In this document: positions 1-11,414 of the stretch, piece after piece
Position numbering within the stretch: the first letter of the stretch is position 1
Layout of the letters: the number at the start of each line of letters is the position of its first letter
Source of the DNA: TPA_inf: Saccharomyces
Lineage: Eukaryota
Length of the DNA stretch: 64,000 bases
Assembly: GCA_000146045.2 (NCBI GenBank)
Contig: BK006941.2
Coordinates: forward strand, 160,001-224,000
Direction: 5' to 3'
Notes under the pieces: generated by a model
The model's input: only the letters and a program-made list of their open reading frames with translations
Database searches by the model: none
What the model was told of the DNA's origin: nothing
Program-made: the position numbers and the translations under genes

Positions 1-64
1 ACGAATTTGAAGCTACCCCATATTTTCAAATCTCTTTTACAACACCAGACGAGAAATTAAGAAA

Positions 65-2758
65 ATGGGAGACATTAAAAATAAAGATCACACAACCTCT
101 GTGAACCATAATCTAATGGCAAGTGCAGGAAATTACACCGCTGAGAAAGAAATCGGAAAGGGTTCGTTTGCCACTGTATATAGAGGGCATCTGACATCCG
201 ACAAATCTCAGCATGTAGCCATAAAGGAAGTATCAAGGGCGAAATTAAAAAATAAGAAATTACTAGAGAATTTGGAAATAGAAATCGCTATCTTGAAGAA
301 AATCAAGCATCCTCATATCGTCGGACTTATTGACTGTGAACGAACATCAACAGATTTTTATTTGATCATGGAGTACTGTGCTCTTGGGGACCTAACATTT
401 CTGTTGAAAAGGCGTAAAGAATTGATGGAGAATCATCCTCTACTAAGGACCGTATTTGAAAAATACCCTCCACCGAGTGAGAACCATAACGGCCTGCATA
501 GAGCGTTTGTCTTGAGTTATTTACAGCAGTTAGCGTCCGCTTTGAAATTTTTGAGGTCTAAAAACTTGGTTCATAGAGACATCAAGCCTCAAAACTTACT
601 ATTATCTACACCCCTAATTGGATATCATGATTCAAAAAGCTTCCATGAACTTGGATTTGTTGGGATCTACAACTTACCCATTTTAAAGATAGCAGATTTC
701 GGGTTTGCAAGATTTTTGCCAAACACGTCATTAGCAGAAACTCTTTGTGGCTCACCATTATATATGGCACCAGAAATTTTGAATTATCAAAAATATAACG
801 CTAAAGCAGATCTGTGGTCTGTCGGTACAGTGGTATTCGAAATGTGCTGTGGCACCCCACCGTTTAGAGCTTCCAATCATTTGGAGTTATTCAAGAAAAT
901 TAAAAGAGCAAACGATGTCATAACGTTTCCTTCATATTGCAATATTGAACCAGAGTTAAAAGAGTTGATATGTAGTTTATTGACATTTGATCCAGCCCAA
1001 AGAATAGGATTTGAGGAGTTTTTTGCTAACAAGGTAGTCAACGAAGACTTGTCTTCTTATGAATTGGAAGATGATTTACCTGAGTTAGAATCCAAATCAA
1101 AAGGTATTGTAGAAAGTAATATGTTCGTTTCTGAGTATTTATCTAAACAGCCAAAGAGTCCGAACAGTAATCTTGCAGGTCATCAATCAATGGCAGATAA
1201 TCCCGCGGAGCTCAGTGATGCCCTCAAGAACAGCAATATATTAACTGCCCCAGCCGTTAAAACAGACCATACACAAGCCGTAGATAAAAAGGCTTCAAAT
1301 AATAAATACCATAATAGCCTAGTTTCAGATAGAAGCTTTGAAAGAGAATATGTGGTGGTAGAGAAGAAATCGGTTGAAGTTAATTCATTGGCAGACGAGG
1401 TTGCTCAAGCAGGATTCAATCCAAATCCTATTAAGCACCCAACTTCAACTCAAAATCAGAACGTCTTATTGAATGAGCAATTCTCTCCAAACAATCAACA
1501 GTATTTTCAAAATCAAGGAGAAAATCCGAGGTTACTGAGGGCCACATCATCTTCCAGTGGAGGTAGTGATGGGTCTAGGCGACCATCTTTGGTGGATAGA
1601 CGCTTGTCTATATCCTCGCTGAATCCATCTAATGCATTATCAAGAGCCCTCGGTATTGCATCAACGAGATTGTTTGGTGGTGCAAATCAACAGCAGCAAC
1701 AGCAACAAATCACATCTTCCCCACCGTACAGTCAAACTTTGTTGAATTCCCAACTTTTTCATGAACTTACTGAGAATATAATATTAAGAATAGATCACCT
1801 ACAGCATCCAGAGACACTGAAATTAGATAATACTAATATCGTTAGTATTTTGGAATCTCTGGCCGCAAAGGCATTTGTTGTTTACTCTTATGCAGAAGTG
1901 AAATTTTCTCAAATTGTTCCATTATCAACAACATTAAAAGGCATGGCTAACTTTGAGAACAGGCGCAGTATGGATAGTAATGCTATTGCAGAAGAACAAG
2001 ACTCAGACGATGCAGAAGAAGAGGATGAAACGTTGAAAAAGTACAAGGAAGATTGCTTATCCACGAAAACTTTTGGAAAGGGTAGAACTTTATCTGCCAC
2101 ATCTCAGTTGAGTGCAACTTTCAATAAACTACCACGTTCGGAAATGATCCTTCTATGTAATGAGGCCATTGTCTTATATATGAAGGCATTATCCATTTTA
2201 TCAAAATCTATGCAGGTAACGTCCAACTGGTGGTATGAATCTCAAGAAAAATCATGTTCTCTAAGAGTTAACGTGTTGGTACAGTGGCTAAGGGAAAAAT
2301 TTAATGAATGTTTAGAAAAAGCTGATTTCCTGAGATTAAAAATTAACGACTTGAGATTCAAGCATGCTTCTGAGGTAGCTGAAAATCAAACTTTGGAAGA
2401 AAAAGGTAGTTCGGAAGAGCCAGTATATTTAGAAAAGCTATTATATGATCGTGCATTAGAAATATCTAAGATGGCCGCACATATGGAATTAAAAGGAGAA
2501 AATTTGTACAACTGTGAATTAGCTTATGCAACTTCACTTTGGATGTTAGAAACTTCTCTGGACGATGATGATTTTACGAATGCCTATGGTGACTACCCTT
2601 TTAAAACTAACATACATCTAAAAAGTAACGACGTTGAAGATAAAGAGAAGTATCATAGTGTGTTGGATGAAAATGACAGAATAATCATAAGAAAGTATAT
2701 TGATAGTATTGCAAACAGGTTGAAAATATTGAGGCAGAAGATGAACCACCAAAATTAA
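65..2758 (+). CDS. ATG1: Ser/Thr protein kinase Atg1 (autophagy initiation kinase), 897 aa
   Basis: Full-length ORF starting with a true ATG. N-terminal kinase domain ([30 protein letters not shown]) and the recognisable Atg1 C-terminal region. It is the first gene of the YGL180W to YGL150C series in the correct gene order. Confidence 0.95.
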   Translation: MGDIKNKDHTTSVNHNLMASAGNYTAEKEIGKGSFATVYRGHLTSDKSQHVAIKEVSRAKLKNKKLLENLEIEIAILKKIKHPHIVGLIDCERTSTDFYLIMEYCALGDLTFLLKRRKELMENHPLLRTVFEKYPPPSENHNGLHRAFVLSYLQQLASALKFLRSKNLVHRDIKPQNLLLSTPLIGYHDSKSFHELGFVGIYNLPILKIADFGFARFLPNTSLAETLCGSPLYMAPEILNYQKYNAKADLWSVGTVVFEMCCGTPPFRASNHLELFKKIKRANDVITFPSYCNIEPELKELICSLLTFDPAQRIGFEEFFANKVVNEDLSSYELEDDLPELESKSKGIVESNMFVSEYLSKQPKSPNSNLAGHQSMADNPAELSDALKNSNILTAPAVKTDHTQAVDKKASNNKYHNSLVSDRSFEREYVVVEKKSVEVNSLADEVAQAGFNPNPIKHPTSTQNQNVLLNEQFSPNNQQYFQNQGENPRLLRATSSSSGGSDGSRRPSLVDRRLSISSLNPSNALSRALGIASTRLFGGANQQQQQQQITSSPPYSQTLLNSQLFHELTENIILRIDHLQHPETLKLDNTNIVSILESLAAKAFVVYSYAEVKFSQIVPLSTTLKGMANFENRRSMDSNAIAEEQDSDDAEEEDETLKKYKEDCLSTKTFGKGRTLSATSQLSATFNKLPRSEMILLCNEAIVLYMKALSILSKSMQVTSNWWYESQEKSCSLRVNVLVQWLREKFNECLEKADFLRLKINDLRFKHASEVAENQTLEEKGSSEEPVYLEKLLYDRALEISKMAAHMELKGENLYNCELAYATSLWMLETSLDDDDFTNAYGDYPFKTNIHLKSNDVEDKEKYHSVLDENDRIIIRKYIDSIANRLKILRQKMNHQN

Positions 2759-3408
2759 GTGATGCATAATATGGTTTTCTTATTAAGTACAAATGACCTG
2801 CTATATTTTCAAGTATCTTCATGATTATGTTATGCTACTCTCGAAATGCTTTACGAGTTCGTCATTAAAGTATTCAAATTTTATTTTCCCTTTGTGTTTT
2901 GTTTTGTTTTTATTTCTACGTGATTTTTTTCTTGAAATCCAGCTCTTTTATACCTGGATGGGTTTTATTTTGATGTTTAAATGTTAATTAAGGAAATTAT
3001 TGAATTCCTTCGGTTTCGGTGTGTTTTTTTCTTTTTAAGTTTTTTTTTGTTGCGTTTAGTACTTGCCTTTGGCTATACATATCCTTTTAATCTAATTTTT
3101 ATTTCTTCAAAATTTGATTCTTTAACCTTTTGTTCTATATATATATATAAATGTATGTATGTATGATTTGATTGAGGAGGCTTTAACAAGTCATTAATAT
3201 CTTTATTATTTTTACTTGTTGAGTTCATTAAAATTCATTTTATAATTTGTTGTTACAAACAGTATTTTACAAGTCATAATAAACGTTCAAAAACAAACAC
3301 AATATTAAAAGAATTGGTATTAGGATCCGACATGACAATTAACTTAGATCCTTCTATCAAGTTTCTAATCATATATTACATCTATTAAAATAATTTACAT
3401 ATATCATG

Positions 3409-5091
3409 CTAAAGCTTATAAAGAGACATTCTTCTTCTCGTGCGCTGGGCGTCGCTAGCCTCAAATACAAGTGATGCGTCTGCTTCTATTCTAAGGTCAT
3501 CCTTGCTGTTAGATTTCCCTTCTACCAGGTGGGCTTTTATACGTTGAGGTACATTACCGACAGGCGTAAGAGTAGAGCTCAAACTTGCTTCCGTACTCTC
3601 AAAGGGATATTCTCCTACAGGAGACATAGTTGTATATTGTGGAAACTCACAAGAATTCACTCTTAATGAACTTCCACTCTCACCTATCAAGCATTGTTGA
3701 TCACCGATTGCTGGGGCATCCTGAATACTGATCTGAGATGCAAAAGCGGTGGATGATGTGAAAGAGGAAAAGGACGAATAGGATGACTCTCTAGAACCGA
3801 TGTTGTGATATGCTGAGGGTGATAAGGTATTTGCGTCGTATATTGATGGAGAATATGTTGAATTTCTGTCAGCACCAGTCCTAAGGTTATTGTGGTCAAA
3901 ATTTTCCATATAAACGCTATCTAAAGAGGCGAATGATGAATTCACTGGTAGGCTGACCAATTCTACCCTTTTGCATGAAGAGGGCGGTGAAACTTTCAAC
4001 TCATGAAACGTCTCCAAATTGGTCAATACGGATGCTGCATCGCTTTTACCATAATGGCACATAAACGGATGTACCTTGATGTCTGCTAGTTTTATCCGTT
4101 TGTCAGGATCTTTTTGTAACAGCTTCTTCAATAAATCTTTGGCATCAGTGTATTCTTCCATTGTGATTCCCGAAGTGGCACCATTCAACATTTCCTCATA
4201 AGATGGAAATTCTAAGGGTTTATTGATAATACTGTCGAAAAGTTCTAATCCTGAATTGGCGTTGAAAGGCAACTTTCCAAACAACAAGCAGTATATAGTG
4301 ACCCCCAATGACCAGATATCGATGGCAGATGAGCAGGAATACTCTTTTTCAGTGGAGCAAAGCTCAGGTGCAAAAAAAGCAGGGGTCCCTAAGGCTCTAG
4401 ATTTTAAAAGTTGTTCATGCGATGATTGTATATTAGTACTTCCGGTGGCAGTTGACATAGCAACGCCAAAATCGGATATTTTCACCGTTCCGTTTGATGA
4501 AATTAACAGGTTCGATGGTTTGATATCTCGATGCGTTATCCCTTGGGAATGTAAATACTCCAGACCCGATACTACATCCAACACTACCTTCCTCGACTGT
4601 TGGAAAGTGAGTATTGATGGTCCCACTGCTTTTATCTCCATTTTGTTTTCTGGACACCATTTAACGGGTCCCCTTGAGCAATATTCTAATACAAGATAAA
4701 CCTTTGTGCTCTCAGGGTCATTCAAAATTTCATACAATTCCACAACGTTTTCATGATGACATCTTTTCATTACTTCAATTTCTTGATTAACCCTTGGATT
4801 TTCTACTTTCAATTGAAGAGAATACCCGCTTCTTTTTTCGAATCTATTAAGAATTTTTATTGCAACCAACGCACCTGTCCCGAGATCTCTTGCTAATTTC
4901 ACTTTGCCGTACTGTCCATTACCCAAAGTGGCTAAAATTTCAAAGTTGTTAAGGATTTGTCTCTTAGTTAAGGGATTATATAATAGTTTGACTTTTCTTG
5001 TCTCTTTTATACGACTACTACTATTGCTCGCATTATTATATAACAGAGATGATCGAGGCAGCGGCTGAACAGGTTCTTTAAGTAGTACCAT
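3409..5091 (-). CDS. TOS3: Snf1-activating protein kinase Tos3, about 560 aa from the first ATG (MVLLKEP...)
   Basis: Kinase motifs (GNGQYGKVKLA, HRDIKPSNLL, DFG) with a Ser-rich C-terminus, in the YGL179C position. The track ORF extends to 5142, but that start is a TTG codon by my reading. The first in-frame ATG is at 5091. Confidence 0.9.
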   Translation of the reverse strand: MVLLKEPVQPLPRSSLLYNNASNSSSRIKETRKVKLLYNPLTKRQILNNFEILATLGNGQYGKVKLARDLGTGALVAIKILNRFEKRSGYSLQLKVENPRVNQEIEVMKRCHHENVVELYEILNDPESTKVYLVLEYCSRGPVKWCPENKMEIKAVGPSILTFQQSRKVVLDVVSGLEYLHSQGITHRDIKPSNLLISSNGTVKISDFGVAMSTATGSTNIQSSHEQLLKSRALGTPAFFAPELCSTEKEYSCSSAIDIWSLGVTIYCLLFGKLPFNANSGLELFDSIINKPLEFPSYEEMLNGATSGITMEEYTDAKDLLKKLLQKDPDKRIKLADIKVHPFMCHYGKSDAASVLTNLETFHELKVSPPSSCKRVELVSLPVNSSFASLDSVYMENFDHNNLRTGADRNSTYSPSIYDANTLSPSAYHNIGSRESSYSSFSSFTSSTAFASQISIQDAPAIGDQQCLIGESGSSLRVNSCEFPQYTTMSPVGEYPFESTEASLSSTLTPVGNVPQRIKAHLVEGKSNSKDDLRIEADASLVFEASDAQRTRRRMSLYKL

Positions 5092-7249
5092 ATTCTTCAA
5101 AGCTTCCTTTTTATATGCAGAATATGTGCGCAGCAATTTCAAGGCGTAGAGTACGAGTCACTAGAGGCTCGAGCATTATATACCACTTACAAGTAGTGTT
5201 TCTTATTGGGGACACCTGTCCTAACAATGTATGGCTTTATATACCGCGCGGATAAGTAAGGCACACCCGCTCTTCGTATAATACCCGCACAAAAGATTCA
5301 GGGACCGGGTATGCTCAACGAAAAAAATAGCCAAGATTGTTGCGAGTCCTCATCAATGAGGACATACAGAGAATAAAAACAGCCATATTTTGCTTGCTGA
5401 AGGACGTTGTGCAAACCGAAGATATCAGCGGTAGTCTTTATAGGACCCGTTGGTTTATTATATACAAAGGGATCTTTAAAAGGTCCGGTGCGAGGGGACG
5501 GGTGGAGATGGAAGTTATCAACCAAATGCAATTTATCCGAAGCGCAAAAAAAATAAAGGTGCTCCGATGGACCTTAGAAAGGAACTCCAAAATGCTGTGA
5601 TGGACCGGCGAGGGCGGTAAACGAAACTACCACATTGCATAAGAAACAAAATGTACGGCCCCTTCTACACAATCTATTTATGGTTTTCGTCTTGACCTCC
5701 TAATTACTTAATTAATGATTACATTTCTTAAAAGCACAAAAATAAAGTAGCTACCCTTCTTAAGCCATAGTAGTTAAAGCCTCAAGTGCATTGATAATCT
5801 CCTGACCCTAGGTCGTCTTTCGCGTGGGCTATCGCCACCTAAGGAAAGGATTAAATGGAGCAAGTATTGGAAATGTAAAGAAATTGCAGAATGTTCTGAT
5901 TACTTTTCATCACCCAAAGAGTCCATACTACCACTACCACCAACCATTGCCGGTGAGCGGTTTCTTGCTCATTAACATGACGTACAAGGGAACGGAATGT
6001 CCCTTGTACGTTGTAATGTCTTTTGCTCTCGTAAAGAAGCCTATACACGCCCCTTCCTTCCGCCCTTCGGCATCCGCTGCCAACTGGGTGGGGGCTCAAT
6101 GGATCTCTTTACTCTGGCCCTTAGAAGCCTTCTGAAATTCTCGGCTTAGGCATCGAACGATGAAGAAACTAACTAAAAATATACGCCATTTTTTTGGGGA
6201 GGGGGGGCCGCACTGAAACGCGAAATGCCAAAAAAACGCGAAACGCCGCAGTAAAAGGTCAGTACCGCGCAAAAAATACAAAAATGACAACAATATTGGC
6301 CTTTCTTTTCCTAAAGCAATTAACTGGAAAGCGAGGTTCTAAACATCTGGCCAACCCCTAAATTTTTAATAATTCCGAAGCGGGATATATTGCATCTGGC
6401 AATCTGAAAAGCAATAGAAAGAAGCGGCCTAGTACTGCATAGTGAGTGATAAAATATACATATTAAGGTTGGGGAAATGGTACGCGCTTTCAAGTAGCTA
6501 GAAAGATCTGAATGTTCTGAAGTACGGTTTGGATTTATACGCGGTTATTTCCTGGACTAGCTTAGAGCCAATTAATACTGACGATTGCCTCTTTTTCTTT
6601 ACCGTTTATGTATGCTGTATGCCCTTTTCATGTATAAAAGAAGGGTAATTTAAAAAAGTTTATAATCATCCAGATTCCTTATTTTTTTTCTTCTTTCGCC
6701 AGGTGTTTTACCCAGCTAAGACTAACCTTGTGGTTCAGATTACACTAGTATTGCCGTCCGATATTACAATTCTGAAATCAGTTTTCTTGTGATCATTCTT
6801 TTTTTCTCTCTTGCCATTCTTAAACGTGGCCTACAAGAACTCTTCTTCTTTCCTGGTTCGCATCTGTGTTAAACGTATAGATTTTCTTACATAGAGGCCT
6901 AAAAAGCATAATAGGTGGTTTCCTTTCAATATATATCTGAAACATTGAATATACTGAACACAATTCACATTTCAAAACCTTGGGTACTGTTGAGTCAACA
7001 TCAAGATCAGCCTATTTCATAATTTACTTTATCTTTTCACACAAAAAGAGAACAGGTAAAAAAGAACAGATCTGCTAGCCCCGAGAAGATCATTGACACA
7101 TCATTGATTGGCAAGTTAAGTAATAAAAGAAAGGTAATAACATCAAGAAGTCAAGCGCCTTGAAATTACTAGATTTGGACTACGGATCAGCAAAAGCCTG
7201 CTACTACAACCGCCACTTTTACTATTCCTTAAGATAAAAGCTAAAAAAC

Positions 7250-7271
7250 CAAAAAAAAAAAAAAAAAAACC
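7250..7271 (+). repeat. Poly(A) homopolymer tract (about 21-22 A) about 80 bp upstream of the MPT5 ATG
   Basis: Direct reading. A poly(dA:dT) tract is typical of a nucleosome-depleted promoter element. Confidence 0.9.
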
Positions 7272-7351
7272 TCCTCAACTCCTCTCCAACACATAGTAAA
7301 GCGAATTCTACGCAAATTTATAAATCAATTACGATTTTTCCAGTTTCTCTT

Positions 7352-10300
7352 ATGGTATGTATTATCTCTTAATTCCCAATATTTTTCTTCGCCAATGGAG
7401 CATAAGCTTTAACGGGATCTTCTAACAACAAATAGCATAATAACCAAAAACCAGCTTCAGTGGGATCAGCCTATCGACACGCCTTTTTTAGCGGTCTAAC
7501 AATCTCCGTTTATGTCGTATGGAATTTCTGATACTTGACCCTACCTTATTTCTCGAATATGCCTATAAGGATTTTCTCGAAAGAAGGGCTTCGGGAAAGA
7601 GGCGCCTCAGGCAAAAATGAGCAAAAAAAAAAAAAAAAAGAAAAGATTCGAAGATCTATGAAAAATTTATGCAGATTCGTTGAGAGTTATAAGGATTTTA
7701 CTCTTTATGGTTATAGGTTTCATTCTAAAATCAAGCATAAATTTTGTGTTTTGTCTTCCTCTTTTCCTGTCCTCTTTTTTTGCCATCCTCTGTCGCCATT
7801 GAAGTCGAACTTTATAGATAGATTTACTCTTGATTCTCACGCATCTCAGGCCACCTGGACACTGTACATGGTTGTGATTGTTCTCTTTCTCAGTTATCGA
7901 AATTGATCCTAGGCTTATACTCCAAAATCGGCTCTGCACACGCCTTATTTTTGTGGTTTCACTTTACTAACACAACATTCTTTTATTCAATCAGATCAAT
8001 AACGAACCATTTCCATCTGCCGACTCAGCATCGATTTTAACTACGTCTACATCAAATAACTCCTTAATGTCTTACAATCATCAGCCTCAACTATCTATTA
8101 ACTCCGTCCAATCACTCTTGGAGCCCGTGACCCCTCCGCCTTTGGGCCAGATGAATAACAAAAGAAACCATCAAAAGGCTCATTCGCTTGATCTCTCTGG
8201 TTTTAATCAGTTCATATCATCGACACAATCTCCCTTGGCTTTGATGAATAATACATCAACATCGAATTCTGCTAACTCTTTTTCCCCGAATCCTAATGCT
8301 GCTAGCAACTCCACTGGGCTTTCAGCCTCAATGGCAAATCCTCCAGCCATTCTACCATTAATCAATGAGTTTGATCTGGAAATGGATGGTCCCAGGAGAA
8401 AATCAAGCCACGATTTCACGGTTGTTGCTCCTTCGAACTCTGGTGTCAATACCTCCAGTTTAATTATGGAAACACCATCCTCTTCAGTGACTCCTGCTGC
8501 ATCTCTCAGAAATTTTAGCAATAGTAATAATGCTGCTTCCAAATGTGGAGTGGATAATTCGTCATTTGGTTTGAGTAGCTCAACGTCTTCATCTATGGTC
8601 GAAATCAGCGCACTACCCCTTAGAGATCTGGATTATATCAAACTTGCCACTGACCAGTTTGGCTGCCGTTTTCTTCAAAAAAAATTAGAAACCCCCAGTG
8701 AATCCAATATGGTGAGAGACTTGATGTATGAACAAATTAAGCCATTTTTCTTGGACCTTATTTTGGATCCGTTCGGTAACTATTTGGTTCAAAAACTATG
8801 CGATTATTTAACTGCCGAGCAAAAGACATTATTAATACAAACAATATATCCAAATGTTTTCCAAATATCAATCAATCAGTACGGAACTCGTTCCTTACAG
8901 AAAATTATAGACACTGTCGATAACGAAGTTCAAATCGATCTCATTATTAAGGGATTTTCCCAAGAATTTACTTCGATTGAGCAAGTGGTTACTTTGATAA
9001 ACGATCTTAATGGTAACCATGTGATTCAAAAGTGTATTTTCAAATTCTCGCCATCAAAATTTGGTTTCATCATAGATGCTATTGTAGAACAAAATAATAT
9101 CATTACCATTTCTACCCATAAACATGGTTGTTGCGTACTACAAAAATTACTAAGCGTTTGTACTCTACAACAAATTTTCAAAATTTCTGTGAAAATTGTG
9201 CAGTTCCTTCCTGGATTAATCAACGATCAGTTCGGTAATTATATCATCCAATTTCTGTTAGATATCAAAGAATTGGACTTTTACTTATTGGCTGAGTTAT
9301 TTAACCGTTTATCCAATGAATTATGTCAACTATCTTGTTTGAAGTTCTCCTCAAATGTTGTGGAAAAATTCATTAAAAAATTATTTAGAATCATTACTGG
9401 ATTTATTGTTAATAACAATGGGGGTGCCTCCCAAAGGACTGCAGTTGCTTCTGATGACGTGATTAATGCTTCTATGAACATTCTTTTGACTACCATTGAT
9501 ATATTCACAGTCAATTTAAATGTGCTAATCAGGGATAATTTTGGTAATTATGCGTTACAAACGCTATTAGACGTTAAGAATTATTCTCCTCTGCTTGCTT
9601 ACAACAAAAATAGTAACGCAATTGGGCAAAACAGCTCTAGTACATTGAATTACGGTAACTTTTGTAACGATTTTTCATTGAAAATTGGTAACTTGATTGT
9701 CCTTACAAAAGAATTACTTCCAAGTATTAAAACTACATCCTATGCAAAGAAAATTAAGTTGAAAGTTAAAGCTTATGCAGAAGCCACAGGTATACCATTC
9801 ACTGACATATCTCCTCAAGTCACTGCAATGAGTCATAACAATCTTCAAACGATTAACAACGAAAATAAGAACCCCCATAACAAAAATAGTCATAATCATA
9901 ATCATAATCATAATCATAACCATGCTCACAATAATAATAACAATAATAATCAAAAGAGTCATACCCGTCATTTTTCTTTACCAGCTAATGCTTACCATAG
10001 AAGAAGTAACAGCTCTGTAACCAATAATTTCTCAAACCAATATGCACAAGATCAGAAAATTCACTCTCCGCAACAAATTATGAACTTCAACCAAAACGCA
10101 TATCCCTCGATGGGAGCACCTTCTTTCAATTCTCAAACTAACCCACCATTGGTAAGCCATAACTCGTTACAAAACTTCGACAACCGCCAGTTTGCAAATT
10201 TAATGGCACATCCTAATTCTGCTGCACCAATCCATTCGTTCTCATCATCTAACATTACCAATGTGAATCCTAATGTTTCAAGGGGATTTAAGCAGCCTGG

Positions 10301-10571
10301 ATTTATGATGAATGAAACCGACAAAATTAATGCTAATCACTTCTCGCCATACTCTAATGCAAATAGTCAAAACTTCAATGAATCTTTTGTGCCTCGTATG
10401 CAATATCAAACGGAAGGTGCAAACTGGGATTCAAGTTTGTCAATGAAGTCGCAGCATATTGGTCAAGGCCCATATAATCAAGTTAATATGAGCCGCAACG
10501 CTAGTATTTCCAATATGCCTGCCATGAATACCGCTAGAACATCTGATGAACTTCAATTCACTTTGCCATAA
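7352..10571 (+). CDS. MPT5: Pumilio-family (PUF) RNA-binding protein Mpt5/Puf5, 859 aa. Spliced gene: exon 1 is 7352..7354 (ATG only) and exon 2 is 7995..10571.
   Basis: Eight Pumilio repeats (FGNYLVQK, GNHVIQK, FGNYIIQ, FGNYALQ). An ATG is followed immediately by GTATGT at 7355. TACTAAC branch point at about 7965-7971. The CAG 3' splice site at 7992-7994 joins in frame to ...INNEPFPSADSASILTTSTSNNSL upstream of the track ORF start at 8067. Confidence 0.93.
7355..7994 (+). other. MPT5: Spliceosomal intron of MPT5 (640 nt). GTATGT 5' splice site, TACTAAC branch point at 7965-7971, CAG 3' splice site.
   Basis: Canonical yeast splice signals. The reading frame across the junction is continuous (7995 to 8067 is 72 nt, 24 codons). 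The intron contains an A17 tract at about 7622-7638. Confidence 0.9.
9891..9950 (+). repeat. MPT5: (CATAAT)n hexanucleotide microsatellite encoding an (HN)n repeat, followed by an AAT/AAC run encoding poly-Asn, inside the MPT5 CDS
   Basis: The sequence reads cataatcataatcataatcataatcataaccat, then ...aataataataacaataataat. The protein reads HNHNHNHNHNHNHAHNNNNNNN. Confidence 0.9.
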
Positions 10572-11414
10572 TACTTTTTTTTCTTTCTTTTTCTTTCCTT
10601 CTTACTGTACAAATATTTTACGCAGAAATCAAAGACAAAAGAAAAATAAAAAATAAAAAATAAAAAATTCAACTAAGCAATGACGTCCTACTAAAGTCCC
10701 AAAATTTGAGCCGGAAAAAAATGGTAAAGCAAACTATTGCCATCTTTATATTTTGTATTCTGTTTCCGAACACGTATCCAAAATCCTCCCACTGCCTTTG
10801 CAGGGTTAGCATTGCTCCCTACCAAAATGATCTAATTTTTTTTTGAATCGTTTTTTGTCAACGATTATTTTTGTTTTAAATTCCTCATCTTCTGAACTTA
10901 CGCCCAACTATTATTTAATTCATTCATTCATTAAGCAATCCATACGTCCATTCATTCATTCAGTTTTCTTTTTGTCTATTACTGTCATTTTATTTTCAAA
11001 TCCAATTGTCCTTTAGGACACTAATGTGTTAAAATATCCATTCGCTCAAGCATTTTTAATAAATAGGAAAATACCGTTTGTTTTTCTTTGTCATTTGTAT
11101 AAATTTTTCTACTGGTTCCTGTCTTGGTTGGCTTTATTATATTTAGGTTTAACTTGTACTAACAATGATACATATTTGTATATTTTATTATAATATCATA
11201 TCTAACTATATCTAAAATCGTTGAACTATTCAGAATGGAATTGTACACCAAGAAGAATTATGCTATAACACCATAAGGTCATTACATTTGGGTTTTGACT
11301 GCTAATTAGTTCGAAGTCGGCGTTAAAATTTAAAGAATATTTATACATATGAATATGTATATGAATGCAAAGTATGCTAAAATATTTATAAAGCAAAAAT
11401 CTCGGTGGGCTAAA

